This document shows, piece by piece, positions 56,012 to 64,000 of a DNA stretch of 64,000 nt; position 1 is the stretch's first letter, and each line of letters starts with the position of its first letter. Both the position numbers and the translations under genes were made by a program. This DNA is from a virus (lineage: Duplodnaviria > Caudoviricetes): the IMG/VR virus record IMGVR_UViG_3300028591_000150, positions 1 to 64,000 of that record. One strand, written 5' to 3'. The notes under the pieces were generated by a model that saw nothing but the letters and a program-made list of their open reading frames with translations, had not been told where the DNA came from and searched no databases.

Positions 56012-56786
56012 TTAAAATAGAGTTAATTGTTGTTGTTCTAATTTAATTCTCTTGCAGGCTTTGTCGAAGTATTCCTTGTTCAGCTCGAAGCCTATGAAGT
56101 GGCGATGCTCCCTGATACAGGCGATTGCGGTTGTGCCAGAGCCTATTGTAGCGTCCAAAATTACCCCCCATGTTGCTGTATGTAAGAACCAGGTAGCGGA
56201 GCAAATCGACTGGCTTCTCTGTCGGATGGTACGATTTTCCGTTTATGTGCTCCTTGGCGAAGTTAATAATGCTTGACGGATATTTCTCGTCGCTGATAAT
56301 TGTCGGTGTCTCAACAAACTTTCCATAGCAACGGTTCTGTGTTGGCTTTGCCATATTGCCTTTTGAATGGTTGCGCTTATGTGGCGGTACTTTAACCATC
56401 TGCGGATTGTACGTTGGCAATTCCTTGTAGAACACAGCAATGTCCTCATGCTGACGGAGTGGCATACGATTAGCATTAAGAAATCCGCTTTTGAGCGACT
56501 TGTCCCATATCAGATTGTACCTCCACATCTTCGGCTGCGACATCATCAGCTTTGCCGTAAACATACCCTGGCAGAACAGAACGATAGCCGAATTTGGTTT
56601 GGTCACTCGCTTAAACTGCTCCCACATTGGCTCAAGTGGTATTATACTATCCCAAGAACCGCCTTCGCTCTCTGCATTTAGCACTCCATAAGGAAGATCT
56701 GTAATGATGCAGTCTATGCTGTTGTTATCAATACGCTTCATGCCTTCAAGACAATCCTCATTATATATTCTGTCTATTTCAATCAT
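56012..56786 (-). pseudogene. N4/N6 DNA methyltransferase frameshifted at a G6 tract (possible phase-OFF state)
   Basis: TDLPYG and HPTEKP in frame 1; motif I ILDATIGSGTT...GFELNKEYF continues in another frame after G6 at 56164-56169, stop at 56012. Confidence 0.85.
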
Positions 56787-56798
56787 AGTGAAATAATA

Positions 56799-57998
56799 TT
56801 ACCATGTTTCCTGGCCGGCAAAGTTATCTTCATCAACATGCTTTGGAATCTCTTCTGAACGTCGTGGTTGAGACCGATGTACTTTCGGCTGAGATACGGC
56901 AATTTCGTTCTCGCTGATAATCTCATCCTCCCATGAGCGGTGACGCAGGAATGTAGTCGGGTCCTTACGGAAACGTTTTGTGGGCTGGGCTCTCTTATAT
57001 AATGGAATATAGGCCATAATAGCTTCCCTGTCTGACTGTTTCAACGCATTCCACAACTTTTCGCTTGCCACACGGTCGCGTTTCTTGTCGTAAGCATCCC
57101 AGAACTCGTCAAACGTAAGTGAAGTTTCTGTGGGGCTTTTTGGGGGCATTGCGGGGCTGTCATCGCGTTTTTCCCCCTCTGGTGGTATAGATGTACCCTC
57201 GCGGGATTTTTTTTGCTCTAAACCGCCTTTCTCGACCTTGACAGATTTTTTCGGGTTATTGTTTTGCGTTTTTGAATCGTCGGCCTCGTTTTTCCCCATA
57301 CCCCTTTTCCTTATACTTTCATTATTTGTTTTATTTATATTATTATCTCTAACTCCAACTCTCTTTGATTGGGCGTGCGCGTCACCTGCGCCTGCGCGAG
57401 GATTTTTTATATCTTTTTTGCCATCTTTTTCTGCACTAAAATCATCACTTTTTTGCATTCTTACGCGCTCTGCATCTTGGTCGCTTGTGGCATCGTCCGG
57501 TGAACCTACTACGGTCACACCATCGTCTGTCAAAAGGCGCGGATTGCCCTCTTCGTCGGTCAACTCAAAGCCGTTGTCCAGATACATTCGAGGCTGTATC
57601 ATCGTGTCTCCCTCAATGATAATCATACCTCTTAAATATAGTTCCTGCAGACCATGTATTAAACCAGGTCTAGGACCACTTGCGCCACTCACTGCTATGG
57701 CTTCTGCAAAATACACAATAGACTGATATTCACCCACTTTTGCTTTCTTCTGACATTGGAGGCAGCGGAATGTAAGCGAGCGTTCGTTCTTTGGTCGAAG
57801 ATCGAAATCCCGCAGACATATTGACCCTGGATTGGGCTGCAATGCCAGCACGTTCAACAAGTCACAGTACACGCCCTTGGCATTCCAAGAGCAACGTCTG
57901 TAGCGTTGCGACGAGAGCAAGTCTCGCGAGAACATATAGAAGCCTTTTCTCGTCGAGTTCTTGGTAGAGACTCTGCCGTTTTTCTTATTTGTTTTCAT
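56799..57998 (-). CDS. Replication initiator protein
   Basis: N-terminal AKGVYCDLL, low-complexity linker, C-terminal FDEFWDAY...DPTTFL..SWEDE; upstream of DnaC-like gene. Confidence 0.75.
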   Translation of the reverse strand: MKTNKKNGRVSTKNSTRKGFYMFSRDLLSSQRYRRCSWNAKGVYCDLLNVLALQPNPGSICLRDFDLRPKNERSLTFRCLQCQKKAKVGEYQSIVYFAEAIAVSGASGPRPGLIHGLQELYLRGMIIIEGDTMIQPRMYLDNGFELTDEEGNPRLLTDDGVTVVGSPDDATSDQDAERVRMQKSDDFSAEKDGKKDIKNPRAGAGDAHAQSKRVGVRDNNINKTNNESIRKRGMGKNEADDSKTQNNNPKKSVKVEKGGLEQKKSREGTSIPPEGEKRDDSPAMPPKSPTETSLTFDEFWDAYDKKRDRVASEKLWNALKQSDREAIMAYIPLYKRAQPTKRFRKDPTTFLRHRSWEDEIISENEIAVSQPKVHRSQPRRSEEIPKHVDEDNFAGQETW

Positions 57999-58060
57999 AC
58001 ACAAAACCCTATTAAAATACCCCGTCATTTTGCTCGCAATTTGCAAAGCATTTTGCAACA

Positions 58061-58113
58061 CAAATTGCTAACAAATTGCACGGCAAATTGTACGGCATTT
58101 GTTGTACAAATTG
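58061..58113. repeat. CAAATTG repeats at 11-12 bp spacing (iteron-like)
   Basis: Copies at 58061, 58072, 58084, 58107 and a variant at 58096. Confidence 0.6.
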
Positions 58114-58228
58114 TGAAGCAAAACAGCGCACGTTCTGCACAAAACAAGCACGATTTTGCATTGTATTTTGTATAACGAGGGATAAAAGGATGTTTTTTAT
58201 TATCATATCGCCATCATTTGTTATATGC

Positions 58229-58447
58229 TCAACGTTCTGCTGACATTTCTCCATTATTGTATGCCCAGCGTTTTGCCTTCGGCCACATGTGAGGCTCGTG
58301 AATTAAGGCATACGTTTCCTTGGTGAGCATAACGGACCATATCATCTTGTCGTCGGTTAGAAACACATCCACACGCCGTTTTCCACTCCTACCAAAATTA
58401 GGAGATTCCGTGATGGGATGCCATTCAAGTTCTTTCCAGTTAATCAT
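58229..58447 (-). CDS. Hypothetical protein
   Basis: 72 aa, WHPITESP...WAY. Confidence 0.6.
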   Translation of the reverse strand: MINWKELEWHPITESPNFGRSGKRRVDVFLTDDKMIWSVMLTKETYALIHEPHMWPKAKRWAYNNGEMSAER

Positions 58448-58528
58448 GTTATATCGCCTAATAAAAAGTTATTCGCCATTTGTATCTGTCGCAAATGTAT
58501 GAATTTTGTATTTTATCGAGTGGACAAA

Positions 58529-58876
58529 CTAAGCGTTAAGGAACTTCTCGAAATTGTCGAAATATGTCACTGTATAGTGTGTTTCCTTCTGTAACATGTG
58601 TATTATCATATTCGCCAATTCTTTCTCGGATAGAATGTCAGTATCAGCTTTCGTTCTGACAAAAACGCTTCTCTGGCATTTCCCATTTGTGATGTTGTGT
58701 AGTAATGAGTCCGTCGTTATTTGACAGTCCCCACAGAATTGCGTTAATCTGTCGAACAAATTACCTATGACTTGTTTTGTTGCTCCATGAAAGGCGAAAC
58801 ACAGTTGTCCGTCGCGCCATTCCTTTGCAAAAGAAATAGTCTGGTGTATTGACAGAAGTTTTCTATTATTTTGCAT
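58529..58876 (-). CDS. Hypothetical protein
   Basis: Start MQNNRK at 58876. Confidence 0.6.
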   Translation of the reverse strand: MQNNRKLLSIHQTISFAKEWRDGQLCFAFHGATKQVIGNLFDRLTQFCGDCQITTDSLLHNITNGKCQRSVFVRTKADTDILSEKELANMIIHMLQKETHYTVTYFDNFEKFLNA

Positions 58877-58911
58877 ATCTATCTGTTTAATCGAAGTCGG
58901 ATTCTTCGGTG

Positions 58912-59616
58912 TCAATGAACATCTTTTTGAAAATGTGAAAGAGAACATCCAATTCGTTGATGGTGCTCTTCCTCGTCCAAAACTGTCATGACAGCAACCG
59001 TAATGCCGTCGCAGGCGCTGAAGGTGTTGGCAAAGCCCTGCTTGGACTTCCACGTCATGCTGTCATACCCCATCAGCCTCAATCCTTCGACGACCCGCAT
59101 CATTAAACGGGCGTCAAAGATCTGGTCTTCCAGCCCGAACGTGGAGTGCTCAGGCAATAACATGCGGCCTGTCTCCACAAGCTCAAAGTCGTCACGCATA
59201 CCAGTTCCGAGACAGATAGGACATTCACCGTAAATGTAGTGTTCGTTCATGTCGCTGTCCTCATACATATATTCAACCTCTCCTGACCCGTCGCACTCCG
59301 GGCATTCGCATGGTTTGCCGTCCTTGCTCACCTTTTCGGGTATAAGGGGGAAGAGGTTGAAAGCTGCTTCGATGTCCGCGAAGCGGATTGTCTTGTCGAT
59401 GTCACACCGCTCGTAGTCTAAATTCGGAAGACGCTGCTCGAAATGCGGGTACTTGCAGCGGATGAGCTTGGGGTCAACGAGAACCATGACCTGACCGTCT
59501 GTCGCCATCAGTCGGCCATTGTCCATGTCATTGATAAATGGATTGCTGTGACGCTTTATGAAACTGCTTTCGTTGCAGAACATCCGCAACGCTTTTTTCT
59601 CATTCTTGATTTTCAT
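58912..59616 (-). CDS. Protein with DnaJ-type CxxCxGxG zinc finger
   Basis: CPECDGSG and CPICLGTG; ATDG motif; start MKIKNE at 59616. Confidence 0.7.
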   Translation of the reverse strand: MKIKNEKKALRMFCNESSFIKRHSNPFINDMDNGRLMATDGQVMVLVDPKLIRCKYPHFEQRLPNLDYERCDIDKTIRFADIEAAFNLFPLIPEKVSKDGKPCECPECDGSGEVEYMYEDSDMNEHYIYGECPICLGTGMRDDFELVETGRMLLPEHSTFGLEDQIFDARLMMRVVEGLRLMGYDSMTWKSKQGFANTFSACDGITVAVMTVLDEEEHHQRIGCSLSHFQKDVH

Positions 59617-59617
59617 G

Positions 59618-59806
59618 CTACTTGCCCTCCTTCTTTTCCAATATCTTTTTCGCAATATCTTGCATCTCCCTCTGCGTAACCTCAAAAATGACCCTGATGC
59701 CCTTCGGATTCTTCTTCACCTTGCACTCTACCGTAAACGGGTGTGTGCGCAACAAGTCTGCAATACCTTGTATTATTTTGCGCTCTCTTATTACTTCGTC
59801 ATTCAT
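59618..59806 (-). CDS. Hypothetical protein
   Basis: Start MNDEVI at 59806. Confidence 0.55.
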   Translation of the reverse strand: MNDEVIRERKIIQGIADLLRTHPFTVECKVKKNPKGIRVIFEVTQREMQDIAKKILEKKEGK

Positions 59807-59943
59807 AGTTTGTTCTCCTTCCCTTTTCCTAAATAAATTGCTCGATTTAACCACGCAATAAATACGCATCTATACTCGATATCCATTCCTATTGTTGGAA
59901 TGAACAAAAACATTTTGTTTAATTTGTGAATTTCAATTCTCAT
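59803..59943 (-). CDS. Small hypothetical protein (46 aa, MRIEIHK...)
   Basis: Below ORF-track cutoff; ATGA overlap with next gene. Confidence 0.4.
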   Translation of the reverse strand: MRIEIHKLNKMFLFIPTIGMDIEYRCVFIAWLNRAIYLGKGKENKL

Positions 59944-59946
59944 AGT

Positions 59947-60225
59947 TTATTCTCCTTTCATGTATTTTATAAAGTCCTTAATCATACCCTTTCTAAGAAC
60001 AATTTGTCCATCTACAATCGAAATGTAGCCATTACCCTTGTCTTTCAAAAACTCACAAGCCTTGTCAATAAAGGCATCAGTACGGGTGTATTCAATATCA
60101 TTTTTAAAGATTTTATCCTTCCACCAAGTAACAGTGTCTTCCAAATCCTCAAACTTACAGTTCTCGCAGTCATTGCCGTTACAATCGCCACATATCTGCA
60201 AATAAATCTTATCTGGTGCTTTCAT
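59947..60225 (-). CDS. Hypothetical protein
   Basis: 92 aa, tight operon spacing. Confidence 0.65.
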   Translation of the reverse strand: MKAPDKIYLQICGDCNGNDCENCKFEDLEDTVTWWKDKIFKNDIEYTRTDAFIDKACEFLKDKGNGYISIVDGQIVLRKGMIKDFIKYMKGE

Positions 60226-60228
60226 AAC

Positions 60229-60726
60229 TTATTTTCCTTTCAGTCTTTCTTTTAATGATTTGAGCCAATCAATACACTTTCCAACTTTGCCATAATCCTT
60301 ACCATACAAATCTTTAAGTTCCGTAAGATTACTAAGTGTATCATACATCAAATCTCTATCCTCTTCACTCCAAGCAGGTGTCTTCTCACCTTGCTTTTCA
60401 AGCCAAGCAATAGCACGCTGTTTGTCTTTTGTGCCACCAACAACCATATCACCTTTTACGGCTTCAATTAGTTTCTTTCTTATCCTCTCATCCTCTGACT
60501 CTGACTCTTTGAGTTCAGGGGAAGTTGAATCCATAGTTGCCGAGTGAACTCGGTCGGCATCTTCAACATTGTAGCCTTTGAATATAAGGTCTATTCCCCA
60601 CCATAGCCAGCCGATAAACAGCTTACGGCCCTCATAGTCGTACCAAAAATTTATGTTCGGTATTGACATGAAGCACTTGTAATCGTTGTTAATCTTGATT
60701 TTCATAATTTTCATAATTCGTGTCAA
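60229..60726 (-). CDS. Hypothetical protein
   Basis: SEDERIRK / WSEED / WLKSLK modules common in Bacteroidales phage early genes. Confidence 0.65.
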   Translation of the reverse strand: MTRIMKIMKIKINNDYKCFMSIPNINFWYDYEGRKLFIGWLWWGIDLIFKGYNVEDADRVHSATMDSTSPELKESESEDERIRKKLIEAVKGDMVVGGTKDKQRAIAWLEKQGEKTPAWSEEDRDLMYDTLSNLTELKDLYGKDYGKVGKCIDWLKSLKERLKGK

Positions 60727-61160
60727 TTCGTTAAATACTCTTTAATCTTGTTGATGTATTCGGGGAAGTCTGGGATGGGATATTCGTCACGTTCCAGTTG
60801 TGCAATCTGCTGCTGCACTTCGCCGATACGCTTTGCGTGGTCTGCCTGTGCAAAGCCGAACAGGTCGCCGTCGGGGGTGGTGCGTTGCAACTGATTCAAT
60901 TTGATATTGCGCGATTTCAGCATAGCCTGCCGTCTGTGCTCGTGCCACTCTTGCCCCAGCATAATGTCGGCTGGGCCGTGATATATCTCTACACGTCGGC
61001 GCGGATTGGCCACTTTTACTCTTGCGCCCAAATATTCAAAGAACCACATCCATCGCGCCACGAAGTCGGGCGACATACCGCTGCGATAATATACCACATC
61101 GTCAATATGGGTGTAGTTCTCGGCTGTGCTGACTGCTATCTTTACAACACACTGCTTCAT
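60723..61160 (-). CDS. Hypothetical protein
   Basis: 145 aa. Confidence 0.7.
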   Translation of the reverse strand: MKQCVVKIAVSTAENYTHIDDVVYYRSGMSPDFVARWMWFFEYLGARVKVANPRRRVEIYHGPADIMLGQEWHEHRRQAMLKSRNIKLNQLQRTTPDGDLFGFAQADHAKRIGEVQQQIAQLERDEYPIPDFPEYINKIKEYLTN

Positions 61161-61161
61161 A

Positions 61162-61209
61162 AATTCGTTTTATTCGTTTAATTCGTGGAAATTAGTGAAA
61201 TTAGTGGTT
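61162..61209 (-). repeat. Degenerate 9-bp tandem repeat (ACGAATT family)
   Basis: Five imperfect units directly before ATG at 61160. Confidence 0.65.
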
Positions 61210-61212
61210 CGC

Positions 61213-61659
61213 TTATTCCTTTACTATCTTGCCATAGTGCTCCAACATGCGGTGGTCGCCATTGCCCATGCCCCACCAGCGGCCCTCGGTGTCCTGCAGC
61301 AGCCAGCCGCCGGTCTCGACTGTCGTGTGTCGGTCGTTGAGCCAAATGCTGATGGTCGGGTCGTGGCTTACGTCATACGACATCTCCAAAACGACTCCTT
61401 CTTTCAACAATTTGTGTATCTTGTCGAAGTTTCGCACCATGACCTGAAACTCCTGTTTGATGTGCATCATAGGGTGCTGCTTGTACCGTTCCAGCTGCTT
61501 CTCGCGCCGCCAGTGCTCCTCGATGGTGCGGAAGGCATCGAGTGCATACGCCTGGCTCTTGGTGTCGGCCCCGTTGAACGGCACCATCCTGCCCGGCTCG
61601 TCCATCGGCTCGATGCTGCACACGGCAAACGCCCCGTTGTATTCGATTTCGATTTTCAT
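61213..61659 (-). CDS. Hypothetical protein
   Basis: Start MKIEIE at 61659. Confidence 0.65.
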   Translation of the reverse strand: MKIEIEYNGAFAVCSIEPMDEPGRMVPFNGADTKSQAYALDAFRTIEEHWRREKQLERYKQHPMMHIKQEFQVMVRNFDKIHKLLKEGVVLEMSYDVSHDPTISIWLNDRHTTVETGGWLLQDTEGRWWGMGNGDHRMLEHYGKIVKE

Positions 61660-61690
61660 TGTCTCAGTTCTCTTTTGTTCAGAATAATAA

Positions 61691-61873
61691 CTATACTGGT
61701 ACTGCATTGTCCAATTCCTCAGAACGATCAATCTCGTAATGAAGACAAAACCTTCCGTCGGAGTACCGTGCGCAAAAGCCACCGTAGCGAATCTCCAGTT
61801 CTTCCCTCTTGCTTTTGACGAAGTTCTCAACGGCTTCGTCCTTCTTTGCTGAAGAAATAAACATGTTGTTCAT
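61691..61873 (-). CDS. Hypothetical protein
   Basis: Start MNNMF, ATGA overlap with upstream gene. Confidence 0.5.
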   Translation of the reverse strand: MNNMFISSAKKDEAVENFVKSKREELEIRYGGFCARYSDGRFCLHYEIDRSEELDNAVPV

Positions 61874-62253
61874 ACGCAGTCCTCTCCGTGTCGTTTGATA
61901 TAGTTCTCGCGTCGGCGGTTCCACTCCTTGTCGAAGCCCTTCACGAACTGGTCCACCGTCTTCTTGAAGTCGGACAAAAGCTCGTTGTTCTTGTTCGCAG
62001 GGTAGAACTGATGCAAGTTCCAACTCTTCTGATAGTCCTCCTGCCCGAACACATCCATCACCGTAATGCTGATACTGATTTGGGGTTCTCGCACCACGCC
62101 ACCGAATATCGCGCCGTGGTCGTTCAGTAGATCCAAAGCTACCGTTATCTTTCCTGCGGCCTTCCTCTGAAATTCATGCACCTTCGTCAGATAGTCCAGC
62201 ATTTGCTCGCGAGTACAATCGCCGTACTCATTCTCGATGTCTTTCCTTGTCAT
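61870..62253 (-). CDS. Hypothetical protein
   Basis: 127 aa. Confidence 0.7.
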   Translation of the reverse strand: MTRKDIENEYGDCTREQMLDYLTKVHEFQRKAAGKITVALDLLNDHGAIFGGVVREPQISISITVMDVFGQEDYQKSWNLHQFYPANKNNELLSDFKKTVDQFVKGFDKEWNRRRENYIKRHGEDCV

Positions 62254-62415
62254 ATCGCCTAAATTTTAATTAAAACTTCCGTTTTGATTTTGCTCCCGCT
62301 CGGCTGTCATCAAGCCAGTTTGTGACCGCTCTCACTTAATCGCAAAATTCGTTTAATTCATTTTATCAGTGTTCATAAAAATCAGTTCGCTTCGTCGCAG
62401 TCTTCGTGGTGGTGG

Positions 62416-62925
62416 TTAATACGTCAGATGCTCTTCGGGATAACTCGTCGTCTTCGGACCGATGGGATTGTGCGCACGGCTCATTTCCATCAGTTCGTTG
62501 AACATCGTCTCTGCCTGCCCGATAAGCCTGTCCCACTCTTTCGGATAAGTCCACGGCTCGCCCAGACGCTGACCTTCGTAGCGGTGATAGAACATCATCC
62601 CCTGTAGGGTGCCGACTAAATAGCTGGCCTTTTTCATAAACTCGTCCTTTTCTTTCTTGACAGGCTCGTCGCAAGGTTCGACACATTCGGGCAGTTCCTT
62701 TCTATCCTCAAAAGCCTCGTAAGCCTGATAGAGCTTACCGATGGCCGAGAACAGCCCGAAGTCGTCACGGCTCTCGCCAACGATGCCGTCGCCGTATTCG
62801 TCAAAGACACACACTATGTCAGCCGTGGTTTGAATAGTCATATACAGCTCGCGGTCAGTAGTCCTGTAGCCGCCGAAGATTTCGTCAGTGTCCTCGCACT
62901 TGACCTTGAAATTGATTGCGCTCAT
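62416..62925 (-). CDS. Hypothetical protein
   Basis: 169 aa. Confidence 0.7.
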   Translation of the reverse strand: MSAINFKVKCEDTDEIFGGYRTTDRELYMTIQTTADIVCVFDEYGDGIVGESRDDFGLFSAIGKLYQAYEAFEDRKELPECVEPCDEPVKKEKDEFMKKASYLVGTLQGMMFYHRYEGQRLGEPWTYPKEWDRLIGQAETMFNELMEMSRAHNPIGPKTTSYPEEHLTY

Positions 62926-62997
62926 AAAAAATCCCTATAATTACGTTGTTCATTCACATAAATTGCTAATACTATGCCTTGCGGCGGTTGTTATTAC

Positions 62998-63366
62998 TTA
63001 GTCAATAAATCCTTTTCGCTTTGGCTTCACGTAGAGATTCCACACGCCCACTTTCTCTTCAGCATTGGCACCGTAGATGCGCCGTGTCACCTCGTAGTGA
63101 TGGTGTTCTCCTTTATCCCAGAGTATTATCTGTTCGCCGATGTCAGGCACGCTTGTCGTCCACAGGTCGCAGATGATGTCACCCGCTTCCTCGTCTTTGA
63201 AGATATAGACGTGCTGGTTCTCGTTCTGACGCAGAGCAAACATTGCCATCCGCAGTGCGTCGGTCAGTTCGTTTGCGCCGTACTCGAATAGTTCCTCGGA
63301 GCGGATATGCCCGTCGGCGTTCAGAAACGCAAACTCGATGATTTGTGATGCTTGTTGCTTATCCAT
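62998..63366 (-). CDS. Hypothetical protein
   Basis: 122 aa. Confidence 0.7.
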   Translation of the reverse strand: MDKQQASQIIEFAFLNADGHIRSEELFEYGANELTDALRMAMFALRQNENQHVYIFKDEEAGDIICDLWTTSVPDIGEQIILWDKGEHHHYEVTRRIYGANAEEKVGVWNLYVKPKRKGFID

Positions 63367-63379
63367 AGGTCAGTCCTCC

Positions 63380-63994
63380 TTATCTGATTGTATCAAACAC
63401 TTCGCCTGCGATGTACTCCACCCTGCTGCCGGGCTTCACCTCGGGAAACAGCAGCGGGTTCAGTTCCACTTGGTTCGGGCTGCGGAAGTTGTTGATGTCG
63501 CCCCAATGCGGATAGGCAAAGTGCAGGAGCAGTTTGCCGTCAACGTCGCGGCTGACGTACAGCTTCGTCTTGTGGTCGGGGTCGTAACGGAACTCGTTGC
63601 AGGCATCGGCCAGCTCGTTGCCGTCGGGACAGAAGCGGCGCAGCATCGCCATCGTCAGCCCCGCCGACATGCCGCTGTGACCTGCATCGTTGAAAATCTT
63701 GTAAGCCTTGCGCAGTCGCCCTATGCGGCTTAGCGTCTCGTCGCGCATCACCCTGGCGCAGTCGAGCACCTGGTCAAGCTCCATGCCACGGTAGAGGTCG
63801 CCGAGACGGATGGGCACTATCTCGTCCCAATACTCCAGTTCGCCCTCAATGATTACGCCGCGAGCCGCCTTGCGGTAGTGTTCCGTCAGCTCGGGGATGC
63901 GTGCCTCGTGTTCCTCGCGCTGGCGCTTCAGCTCATCGAGCCTCTTCTGCACAAGTGCATCATGCTCCGCTTTCGTCTTGCCCGTCACCTTCAT
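63380..63994 (-). CDS. Hypothetical protein (start may lie beyond window)
   Basis: 204 aa, GHSGMSA motif. Confidence 0.7.
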   Translation of the reverse strand: MKVTGKTKAEHDALVQKRLDELKRQREEHEARIPELTEHYRKAARGVIIEGELEYWDEIVPIRLGDLYRGMELDQVLDCARVMRDETLSRIGRLRKAYKIFNDAGHSGMSAGLTMAMLRRFCPDGNELADACNEFRYDPDHKTKLYVSRDVDGKLLLHFAYPHWGDINNFRSPNQVELNPLLFPEVKPGSRVEYIAGEVFDTIR

Positions 63995-64000
63995 ATAGGC

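Larger units (their letters stand above)
1..64000. mobile_element. Tailed dsDNA bacteriophage (siphovirus-like) of a Bacteroidales host; free phage or part of a prophage
   Basis: Terminase, portal, protease, capsid, tape measure, tail, holin and replication genes fill the window; Bacteroidetes-type promoters; no host genes or attachment site seen. Confidence 0.95.

Noticed and set aside
1-64000. Stop-codon reassignment
   Set aside because: Long genes are intact and coding density is high under the standard code

Overview
The whole window is one tailed dsDNA phage, probably a siphovirus (1,588-aa tape measure, no sheath gene), infecting a Bacteroidales/Prevotella-like host: TAnnTTTG -7 promoter boxes, AT-rich starts without Shine-Dalgarno sites. 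No host housekeeping region, integrase, endolysin, rRNA/tRNA or CRISPR array was seen. Layout: spanin-like lipoprotein and unknown genes (0.3-3.6 kb); prohead protease/scaffold, capsid and tail tube (3.8-7.5 kb); a five-gene glycosyltransferase cluster (7.6-11.5 kb); a structured ncRNA candidate, an HTH gene and holins (12.7-13.9 kb); a nine-gene Cys-rich operon of unknown function (14.0-17.5 kb); tape measure, neck and portal (17.8-27.3 kb, minus); packaging genes and an MTase (27.4-33.5 kb); tail tip/fibre genes (33.5-53.4 kb, minus); replication and early genes including dnaN, an acyl carrier protein, a DnaC-like loader, a frameshifted MTase and an initiator (53.5-64 kb, minus). Main findings: (1) a candidate virion-glycosylation system, in which capsid and tail tube both end in -SSD and are followed by Stealth, GT2 and fucosyltransferase genes under a late-type promoter; (2) a phage-specific promoter, TGTCCG-N21-TAnnTTTG, heading the morphogenesis units; (3) the Cys-rich operon under a host-type promoter; (4) a pseudoknotted small RNA; (5) poly-G tracts in both DNA methyltransferases, one in frame and one out of frame; (6) a 188-bp module shared by two tail genes. 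Protein calls rest on motifs and synteny read by eye; no database search was run.
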